Below, piece by piece: positions 30,153 to 42,100 of a DNA stretch of 64,000 bases. The translations under genes were made by a program, and so were the position numbers. Within the stretch, counting starts at the first letter, position 1; every line of letters starts with the position of its first letter. Source of the DNA: a virus (taxonomy: Duplodnaviria > Caudoviricetes); the IMG/VR virus record IMGVR_UViG_3300028591_000078, positions 1 to 64,000 of that record. One strand, 5' to 3'. The notes under the pieces are model-generated. The model was not told the DNA's origin. It was given only the letters and a program-made list of their open reading frames with translations, and searched no databases.

Positions 30153-33100
30153 GTGTTAAGTAAAGTTACAGACTATCTAAAGAATGTAGGCAAATCTGTA
30201 GTTTATGCAACTTCAGATGTGCTTGAAAAAGATAATGAATTTATATATAATTTTGCTAATACTAATAAGGAAGTATTCACTGCAGCATATAGTTCTGTTA
30301 GAAATTATAGGACTACTATCAATAAGATAGAGACTAATTTTAAACAGAGTAAAGTATATCAAGCTGCCGATATAGGTATTAAAGCTTTATTTGAAGACCT
30401 TAAAACTGGTAAGTTCTATAATAAAGCTAGAGCTGAAGAAATAGCTGCCACTATGGGTGGATTTGACATGTCTGATGACTTCGATATCGAAGAGTTTGAA
30501 AAAGGACTTGCAAATAGAGATATCGCAGAAGGAGACAAGGCTGTAATTGAAGCCGTAGAAAAATCCACTAGATTATCAGGAGAGTTAGTTTCTGATACTG
30601 TTGCTAGATCTGCATCTGCAGTCATTAGTAATCAAAAGGCTAGTGATAGAATATTCTTTACACAGAATGTGCAGATGATATCTGGTATTAAAGCTGTTGC
30701 TGAAACTACTAGCTTGGTTGGTAAGACTATAAATAATACTAATCAGATGCTTAAAACCATGGCAGATAACCAGAAAACTTATTATGAAAGAACTGGTAAA
30801 GCTGTAGATGAAATGCATGCAATGATGAGAGAGTTTCTTGATATGCAGAGAAATCTCTACAATGCACAGCGTAAAGCAGAACAGAATGCTAGTGGTAAAA
30901 AGAAGCAGAGTTATTCTGATATAGTAGATTATAGAGGCGTACTTAATCTTCAAGAATATGTCAAGAATGTAAAGAGTAATATAAATCGTAAGATGTCCAG
31001 TTCATCAGCTGGAATGCTCTTTAATGGTGGATTTGGTGAAGATGCAAACATGCTTGCTCAGTTTGTATCATCACCACTTGAGTTTATTCCAAAATGGTTT
31101 GTAAATCATCTTATTCCTGAAGCTACCAAAAACGCTAGTAAGAGTCTTAATGATACACTTTCTGGTCTTGTATCAACAACTATAGCAAAGTTGAATAATA
31201 TGGCTGAGAAAGATGATTCTCCGATTACTAAGTTTCTTGGAGAAATTTTTGGTGTTAAGATTCGTAGGAAGACTAAAGTTGAAGTAGGCAAATATAACAA
31301 AGGCCCTGTACCTTTCGATGGAATAACTAGAAAAGCCATAGTAGATGTAATACCTGGATATCTTAGAAGAATAGAAGCTATTATTAGTGGTAATAAAGAA
31401 AGAGTCTTTGACTATTCTAGTGGTAAATGGACTGGAATGGAAGATGCTACTAAGAAGCTCGATACTATGTATATGGATCATATTAAGTCTACTATGAATG
31501 AATTTGTAGGCGAAATAGAAGCTACTCTTAAGAATGTGAGAGGTGCTACTCGTGAAGAGGACGAGAGATTAACAAGAGTCAGAAATGCTATATATAAAGA
31601 TATATATGAGCATAATGGTGATTGGACTCGATATACTAAAAAGGGTAGAGATTATACTTCGCAGCTTGCAAGAGAAATATCATCTGGAGATACTACTGTA
31701 GATGCAAATGATATAAAGATGATTGCAAAAGCTATCAAAGAAATTCAGCGCAAAAATAATGGAACCGATTGGAAGAAGATAGCAACAAAACTTTCTAATC
31801 AGGCTCTTGGCGGAAGAGAGACATATACACGTAGAATGGAAGAGCTTGAAAAAAATATGGATAGCTCAGCATTTATGACAGCATTAGAAGATATATTCTC
31901 TAATGCTCATATAAATGATAAAACAGGGATGCCTCTCTATATCACTCCTAATAAGAATAAAAAAGCCAATCAACAAGAATTTCAGAATTCTCTAGGAGCG
32001 GCAATTCTTAAAGCTAAGGATGAATATAAACATGATATATTCTACTATCTTAGATCTCTCGAAGATAATGCAACATGGGTGAGAGAATATCTATCCACTA
32101 ATAAGATTGGTGGTGGTAAAAATAATAATAGCGGTAATCCTAATGTTCCAGATTTTAATGCTATAACTGCACTCAGAGGAAATGCCACTAATCTTGACCC
32201 TGAGGCTTTGTATAGAGAAGCACAGCATAAATTAGACGAGGACTATATTAGAGCACATAGATTTGATTTTAATAATGGTAAAGTATTTGCTTATAATCGA
32301 TATGAAGAAGGTGCTTATGGTAGTGCTGCAGCATATATGGAGCGTACTACAGATAAAGCCATTGAAGAAGATAGAAGAAGAAAAGCTAATAGTCAGGAAG
32401 AAAATCTGTTTTGGAGTATTTTCCATGATACTAGCAAAGCTAAGAGAGACTATGATTCTAAGAAGTTCCTCGAACAGTTAAGAGATGCTCATGATATAGG
32501 AGAAAAATATGAAGTTATAAAGCATGGAGTTGAAAAACTTGCTGCTGCTCCTATGAAGATGCTTGAGCATGTTATTAGAAAAGCAGATGAGTCTGTTTAT
32601 CATTTCATGTTCGGAAGAGCAGATGATGAAGTAGACGAAGACGGGAATCCAATACAGGGATTGCTTGCAAAAACAATCCATGAGATGAAGCAGACCTTTA
32701 AGAAACTTAATGAGTGGCTTAATGAAAAACTGTTGGATCCCCTCAAGAAGAAATTAGATGAATGGGGAATCCATTCAGTTACAGATGCTTTAGATAAGAT
32801 TACTGGAGGTCGCTTCTCTGATGCTAAAAATGCCATAGCAGATACAGTGCTTGGTACGAAAGGAGAAGATGGTCGAAGAACAGGTGGCTGGGCAGACCCG
32901 TTTAGAAAAGCATTCTCATATAATTTTGGTGAGATATATGATAGACGAGCTGCAGAGGCACGAAGGAAAAAAGAAAGAGATAGAGCTAGGCAAGAAGCCT
33001 TAGCTGAAATGCAAGCAGAAGATGACTTTAATAGCATCTATCATGCAGAAGGTACTGCAGGTAGAGCAAAGTCTGACTTGTTTACAATGTTATCTCCTGG

Positions 33101-36100
33101 TGAGGAACTTATAAGTCCCTCTGGACGGTCTAGAACCGTTACTGAAGGTGAGTCATATTCACCTCATATAGTTCCTAAAGGAACAACAATCTATAATCCT
33201 CAGCCTAGAAATGTAAGAAAACAGCAGAAAGCAATTGAACAGCAAAAAGCAGTTGCATGGGCTAAGAATATGAAGTTCAATGCTAATGCTGATGAGACTG
33301 GTGGATTATATGATTTCGAGAAGAAGATATTTAATAATGAGAAAGCTAAAGCTCAATTCCAAGAACAATATGAATATCTTGATATGTATCTCGAAGAGAA
33401 AGCTAGCGAACTCATTGCTTCTGGTACAGATGAAGGTATAGCTTTAGGACAGGAATACCTGGTACTCTATGAAGAGTTTAATAGATATAAATCTAATTAT
33501 GCAGATATCATGAATCCGGATCCTAAAGGATATGGTTCAAACTACACAATCTACGCTAAGTTTGTAAAGTGGGTAAAGAATGCATATAAAGCTCTTACTA
33601 CAAATAGTCTTAAAGAAGCTTTCTATGTAGAAGATCAAAAAGCTAAACAGACTAAAGCTAATGCACAAAATAAAACCGAATCTGAACCTGAAAAGATTAA
33701 AAATAAATGGCTTCATGAACAACTTGACAAGTTAAAATATGATGAAGCTAAACCTGAGAATATAGCTAGAGTAAATAAAATTGCAGATACTACAGCTAAG
33801 ACTGCTATAGGTACTGGAGCTGGTTTATTATTAGGTAATCCTCTCTTAGGACTTGTTGGTGGTGCAGTAGCTGGAATAGTAAAAAATAATAAAGCTATTA
33901 ATGAGTTTATCTTTGGTGATATTGAGCATGATAATGGCCTTATCTCTAAGAAAACTCAGCAGTATCTTAAAGATGCCATTCCTACAGTTAGAAAGACTAG
34001 CTTAATAGGTGGTATTGCAGGATTAGTTACTGGTTTAGGTCCTATTCCTGGAATACTTATGGGATCAGCAGCTGGATTTGCAGCTAAGAATGAAGATCTT
34101 ATGGAAACTCTTTTCGGTCCTAAAGAGGAACGTGAAAAGAAAATGGAGAAGATCAAGAAAGCTGCTCCTAGAATGGGTATCGGAGCTGCAGCTGGAGCAT
34201 TACTTGGACCGTTTGGTTTGTTAGGTGGTGCTGCTTTAGGAGCTGCAGGTGGACTGTTTACTACTACTAATACATTTAAAGAGCTTTTATATGGAGAAAT
34301 CGATGAAGATGGTAATCCTGTAAAAGATGAGGATGGTAAACTTAAAGGTGGTATTCTTGGTGCTCTTCAGGTATCATTTGTAGATCCTCTTAAGGATTTT
34401 GCTAATGATATGAAGACTAAAGCTAAAGATTTTATAAGAGATAAGATAGTTGATCCTATAGCTGGAGCTATTAAACCTATAACAGCTGGAATGAAGCACA
34501 TTGTAAAAGATGTACTTACAGCAGTTCCTAATGCTTTAAACTGGGTATTCGAAAAATCATTTGGTATTCCTATGGGTGATTTCCTTAGAGATAAGGTATT
34601 TGGACCTATAGCTAGATTTACCAAAGGATTCTTAAAGTTACCATTTACTATATTTAAAGGTATACTTTCAGCACCTGGAAAGATTATAGGTGGTATAGGT
34701 AATGCTATTAGAGGTAGTCAGATTAGACGTGGTACCGCTGATTATATGACTGCTGAAGAACGTCTTGCATATAGAGAGCAACATAAAACGCAGTTTAGAG
34801 GCAATTGGATTGGTAAAATACTTCATCCTTTCAGAAGAGATAGAATGCTTGCTGAAGATCAAGCATTAGCTGAAACTCATGTAGGTGATATTAAGAATGA
34901 AAATGGCGAAGTTACTTCTTATGGAGTAGATACTATAATACAAGGTATTGAAGAACTTACTACATCAGAAAGAGATGCTGGTAAGGCTGTAAGAACTGCT
35001 CAGAGACAGCTTAATAATATTGTAGATAAGCATTTCAGAAATCGTGGTCTTATATCTTTAAGAAATGATAAAGATAAAATTCTGAAAGCATTAAATAATG
35101 GTAAGCTTGATCAAGCAATGAAGCTTATAGAAAAGCTTAAGACTAAAGATGGTAAAAAGCTTTCTGGTGAAGAGCTTCAGAACTTCCAGGATGATGTAAC
35201 AAAAGCATATAATGTTTTAGAAGAAGCTAAAGCATTGCGTAAATCTGTAGGTTCTAGAAGAGGTAGAGATAGATCTTCTGGACTTGCTAAATATGAAAAG
35301 ATGCTCAAAGATCAAGGATTCAAGAATGTTAATCTTAAAAGCGATAGACAAAGGTCTAGAATCCTTACACTTCTTAAGCAAGAAAAGAGTTCTAAAGCTG
35401 GAGCATACGCTGATACTTTATCTGAAGATGATAGGATATCTGCTGAAGCTACAGTTGGAGCTATCAATAGCCAGACGACAGATTTATTGAAAGCATTAAC
35501 TAGTATTAAAGAATCTATCGATCTTATTAATACTAATTATGACGGTGCTAAAGATACATCTAAAGGTGCTGCTGGAGTAAATAAGATATTTGAAGATTTA
35601 CAAGGTACTGATGAAAATGGCGAGCCTGTTATGAAGACTGAATTTGGTAAGTCTTTCACTAGAGGAATGTCTAATTCTATTCATAAGGACGTTGTAAATT
35701 CTGCAAGAAGAAGATATAATGTTAATCAGCGTAGACATCAGAGAAAGAGAAAAGACGATAATTTAGTATTCGAGAGAATTACAAAAGTAAAGGATCTCGG
35801 AATTAATACACAGCCTAATAGCTACTGGTCTAGTAATGATGATAGAGCTAGGAAAATCTTTAATCTTCTCGATAATAATTCAAAATTTGACATTAATACA
35901 GCTCTCAAACATGCATTCAATACTAAAAACTTTATAAAGAATTTTAGTACAGCAATGAGCACTTCTAAGGGTGTTTTTGTTGAGGCTGACTTTATAGATA
36001 GAATAGCAAGTATAAAAAATAATAAAACAGAACAAGAGTGCCTTAGTAAAGCTGTAGCGGCTGGAATAGACCTTACCAATAAGACTATATTCAGTTTAGA

Positions 36101-39100
36101 TTCTCTTAATGCTCTTCTTGGCGCTTCTGAAAAACAGTTACAGTATAATACAATTAAAGAAGTATTCAAGCAGATACAGGATTATATAAAGGCTTATAAT
36201 GTAGCTCCTACACCTGCTGAAATTCAGACCTGGTTTGCTAATCTTTCACAACTTAGATCTGATGCTAAATATACAAAGCAGAAGCTTAAAGAACAGGCTG
36301 AACAAGAAGCAGAACAAGATAATTCAACACCCCCTACAAGCCCTAATCCAGTTTTTAGTAATGCAGATACAGATGAAGGTACAGAGGCTATTCCTGTTGA
36401 GCATGTAGGCTGGCTTAAAGATAAGTGGAGAGAAAAGATCAAGCCTGGTTTGAAAGGATTTAAATCTGATATTGGATCTAGTTTTGATGATCTTAAAGAT
36501 ATAAGGAATACAAAGAAGACTAAAAATTTAAAGTATGAGTTACTCGTAGTAAAGGGAATCAAAGCTATAATTGATCGTACAACAAGAGTAGCCGAAGCTA
36601 CAGAGAATCAGGATGAAAGAGAAGAAGAAAAGACTAAAGAGGAAAAGAAATTAGCCAAGAAAAAGGCTAAAGCTGATAAGAAAGCCAATAACGGAAATCT
36701 TTGGCAGAGAGCTAATGCTAGAGTCGAAGAATTTGGAGAAAATGTAAAAAATAAAGGTGATAACTTCTTAAGAGCACTCAGTCATCCTATAAAGATGGTT
36801 AAAGGTGCTATACATGGATCCAAAGAAGAATATGAAAGCAAACAAGATGGAGACAAGTTTTCTATAATTGATATTCTTCATGGTATAAAGAAAGGTCAAG
36901 AAAAAGAACTTGAAGTTTTAAAAGAGCAAGAAGATAGAGGAGAAAGAAAAGAACCTATTTGGAAGAGAGTATTAAAAGCCATTTTTGGTAAATCTCTTGC
37001 AAGTATAGCATTTAGAACATTTGCTCTTCCTCTCGGTGTAGGTTTATTTAAGAATCAAGTATGGCCTCTTGTAAAAGAAAAAGCTTGGCCTTGGATTCAG
37101 AATAAACTTTTTGGAGATCCTGATAGAGATGATGATGGATTCTTCGGTAGACTTAAATACTGGTTTAAGGATCATGTAGTACCTGTACTCTTTGGTGAAA
37201 AGAATGAAGATGGAGTATGGACTAAAGGTTGGTTCTCCGGTGCAGCAAACTTCTGGGAACAGAAAGCTAAACCATTTTTAGTTGGTGAAGATGGTAATAG
37301 TGGACTGATTGGCAAAATTAAAGAGATTGTCCATGGTATTGGATATGTAATTACTGATGGATTTAATCTTGCTAAGTCTTGGCTGCTTAATGAAAACTTT
37401 TCACCATCAGAAAATAATCCTTTAAAGGATAAATTTGGAGCTCATACATTTAAAAATGAAGATCAAGGCTCCTCTGGATTTATAAAGACTTTATTATATA
37501 ACTGGGCTGATGGATTAACAACAATAGTTCCATTTGCAACAAAGATAATAGTAAAGGCGCTTCCGAAATTATTTGTAGGATTACTTACAGGTGTCGTAGA
37601 AGGAGTAAAATCCATATTCGGAATTGGCGATGTAGAAAAGAAGATGAATGAAAGATTAGACAATAATGTTACAAATGCTTATATAAACAGTATGTCTAAA
37701 CAGATGAAAGTAAATGATTCTGGTAAAACAGAAAAGCTTCTTTCTATTGATGCTGATGACGTTGATATTAGTGGCGGCGGATCAAGTAGTTCTAGTAGTT
37801 CATCGAGTAATAGCTCTGATAATATCATAAAAACTTCTTCAGGTGATGATTATGTAAATGAATCATATAATGAAGAGGTTAGCAATGGAGCAAATGCACA
37901 GATATCTTTAGCAAAATATGGATCAGATAGAATAGTATCAAAAGAAGAATACAATAAAAAATATTCTTGGATAGAAAATGTAGATGAGATGACTTTAGAT
38001 GAAGCTATAAAATATGCTGAAGATAATCTTGTTATTCTTCCGTATAGCATGTTTAATGATGAAGATTCATATAGAGCTCATTTTGAAGGTATATTCGGTC
38101 CAGGAACAATTGATAGATATGGATGGGATACGATAAAAGCAATCCAAGATCCTATAGTAGTAGATATGTCATCCGAAGTTTATAGGATGATACAAAGTGA
38201 GCGAAAAAATGAACAAGCTTTTGTATCAGAAACTACTTTTAGATATTTGCTTAACTGCGCTAGAGGTGGTGTAGTTGGCTGTAAAGTTGTTCCAAAACTG
38301 TTAAAAGTTACAACTAAAACAGCTGCTATATTAGCTAAAGGTGGTAAAGCTTTACAGAAGATAGCTCCTTGGTATGTAAAGCCTTTTGTAGCTCTTGGTA
38401 ATTTACCAGCAAAGGCTGTTAGCAAGAGTGGAACATTCATCCAAGGTGTTAGCAATGGTATAAAATATGGATATGATAGAATTAATGATGCAAAAGAATT
38501 AGTTAAAGTTAGTGGTGGTACAGCTAAAGAAATTAAACAAGCTGGTAAAACTGCTGGTAAAATATTGGAAGCTGATGTAAAGGCTGGAACAGTTACAGCA
38601 GATGTAGTTGAATCAGCTGTTAAAGCTGCAGATAAATTAGACGATGCTGCTAAAGTAGCAGATAAATTATCTAAATGCCCTGCATGGGTTCAGCAGATAG
38701 CTAAAAGAGCAGAACAATTCTTTTCAGCTATGGCTGATACCAAAATTGTTAAAATGATATCCAATGCAACTGGAAAAGCTACACAAAAAATTAGCAAAGT
38801 TTTAACATCGGCTAAAGCTAAAACACTTGGTACAAAATTTGGACTCTGGCTATTTGAAAAGTTTCCTAATTTTGCAACTAAGATGACAAAAGTATTGACT
38901 AGTGAAACTGTAAAAAAGGTAGCATGGGTAATAACAATATTATCTGTTGAAACTGATATTATATTTGGTGCTGCTGATGTAAATGAAGTACTTGGTGTAA
39001 CAGGCGATTATAACTTTACATCATGGCATTATATGATGGCAGCATTAATCAATACATTCAATAATGAAGTATTATTCGGAATACCTGATGTACATGATAT

Positions 39101-42100
39101 TGGTCCTTGGCTTACAGAAAATCTATTTGTTGAATTATTCGATGACCAAGATTTAAAGAATGCAATCGAAGGAACCAATAAGAGATATGAAGCTTGGAAG
39201 AATGATCATCCTGAGGATGCTGATCTCAGTAGAAAAGATTGGTTATCTGCATATTATCCTTCTGGAACCACCTTGTATAATAGAGATTTACAAGAAGGCA
39301 ACTGGAAAAATGTGTCTGATAACTTCAAAGCTGGCTATGGCATTAAAGGAGATAACAAGGACAATCCTGTTGGAGCTTTCTTTGCAGATGTTGCTGATCA
39401 CTGGGCAACCGGAATGAATACAATCAGTAACTGGTGGAACGGATTATGGGGACAAGGAAAAGACAAACTTAATACTTTCGAATTAAAAGTACCAAAACTG
39501 ATTATGCCTAGTAAAGTACTGCATTCTGACATTCCTGATGAATTAATAGATAATACTAAGGTTGGCTTTGGAGCTGGCAAGCATGTAGACCAGCGTATGT
39601 CTAATATGAGATATAATGCTCCTGGGGATACTGAATATCAGACTGTAGCAGATTCTGGCTGTGGTCCTGCAGCTGCAGTAAGTGTACTTAATCAGTATGG
39701 TAAGGGTAAACTTGAGGAAGCAGCAAAGTATTCACTTGCAAATGGATATAAAGAACCTAATGGCGGTACATATCCTGGATTCTTTAAAGATTACCTTGGT
39801 CAGAATGGTATAGATACACAATATGAAAGTGATCCTAATAAAATAATGGGTAACCTGGCTCAGGGTAAACCTGTTATACTTATGGGAACAGGTAATGGTA
39901 ATAATAGAACTCCATATGATGGAGCTAATGGATCTCACTATGTAACGGCTACTGGAATAGATAGAAGTGGTAATATGATTATCGAGGATCCTGATGATCG
40001 TAGAGGTGCATTAAAGTATAATGCTAGAAATGTCCTCGATAGAACCTCTATAGCTATTTCTACAAGTCCTAGTGGACGTAGTAGAAGTCTTATTAGTAAT
40101 TCTTATGGTAAAGCTAGACTTCCTAAATCATATTTAAATAAGATGCCAAAACTTAAATTTGGTAGAGGAGTCCATACATTAAAGGATTTGGCTAAAGATG
40201 CATTACAAGATCTTAGAATATGGAAAGACCCTGGTTCTAATAAATCTGAATATATCTCTAATATAGGAACCAGAATAATGCAGGCTGCTAGATACCAGAC
40301 ACAGGGTATATTCTATAACCATTATATGTGGGTAGCAACAGCTGCAGTAAATGCTGGTATACAGACTGGTATGGATCCTGCAATACTTATTGCTATAGCT
40401 ATTATGGAATCTGGTCATGGTACATCAGATGTATGTAAAGACAAGCTCAATTTCTGGGGCTGGAACTTTACGGATAAGACTGGTTATGCAGAAGGCGCAA
40501 CAGATTTTAAGACAAATGGCTCAAATGCTATAACACTTCAGTCTTTAGAGAATGCATTCTTAGCTTATGCTAAGGCGATTAGTAAAGGATATTATGATGC
40601 TGGACAGAAATGTCTGTATCAGTTCTATGATAATGGTGGTAATCATCAATATCCTGGTGAAATAAATGATATCACCACTGACTGGGTAGTAGATGTGTCT
40701 AAATATATGGCTGCTATACATAATTGTGTAGGACAGGCAGAAGACAATCTTTCTTGGCATGATCCTAGTGGAAAGGTTGTTCTTTTAAAGGATGCGACTA
40801 ATGCATGGACTAAAACTAAAGATGGTTTTAATGGCAAAATATATCCTGCTACAATATCTAATGATCTTATGGTTACAACCAATTATAAGGGTGAATCTTC
40901 AGATGGAACATCTAAATCTTCATCTAAAACAAGTACTATATTTACAGCTATAGCTGACTATGGCAAGAAGGTCCTTAGGTCTGTATTTGGTGATTTTTAT
41001 GATTTAGTATTCGGATCTCCTGATACTGATACAGAAAATACATATCAAAATACATTCCAAACTGGGCATTATAATGAAAATGGTTATTGGGTTGGTAATA
41101 ATCTTGATGCAGAAAATGCTACAGATTGGTTTACTAGAACTTTAAATAGTACTGTAAGTTTACCTTATGCAAGAAATGCAGAGCCTGTACGGTTAAGTGA
41201 TGAAAAACCTCATTATGTACATCATGGTATAGATTTTGCAGCCGCTGCCGGAACACCTATTGTATCTCCTATAGATGGTGAAGTTACATATAGGAATGAT
41301 GATGAGTCTAAAGATTATGGAAATAATATTATAGTTACTGATGCATATGATAGTAATCTTACCCATAGATTTGGACATATGCTTCATGCATCACCATTAA
41401 GTATGCATAGTAAAGTAAAACGTGGTGAAACTATAATAGGATATGTGGGTAGTACAGGTCTTAGCACAGGAAACCATTTACATTATGAAATAGATGATAT
41501 AAGAATGCCTAATGCACATATTGATGCAGGTTATGGAAGCCTTAAAGATTCTATAGATCCTGATCTCCAGTATGATTGGTCTAGGTATTTAAAGACGATA
41601 GACCCTTATACTGGTCAAGATGTATCTAAAATGGGATCTGATGAGCTAAGAGATATGGTTTATGCAGAGCAGGAAAGATTTATTCAAAATAAATATGACA
41701 AGATTCTTGATCCTATTGGAAGAGAAGAGGCTCTTGCAAAATATAATAGTATCGAGAATGATAGTGTTGTTCGTAAACGCTTAAGAGATGAGATCATAAA
41801 TATCGAAAAAAGCGGTGGTATTAATAGTCAAAACTCTAGCTACTTTAGTAATATCAAAGACACTGCATTACAATTAGATCTTAGTGAATATATGAATCGC
41901 CATGGATATCAAAGTGCTATAAATAGTTCAGATGTATCAAATGATTATTCTGAAACAACTGATCAAATTGAATTTGACGATTCTGAAAAAGTAAAGGATG
42001 TAGAAAATGATACCAAATCTATTGGTGCAGATCTTGAACTTCCTACTAAACTTGAAAATAATAATCTGAACCTTCCTACACTTAAAGGCAATAAAATGGG

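Noticed and set aside
37770-37820. Ser/Gly run in the tape measure protein
   Set aside because: Ordinary low-complexity linker.
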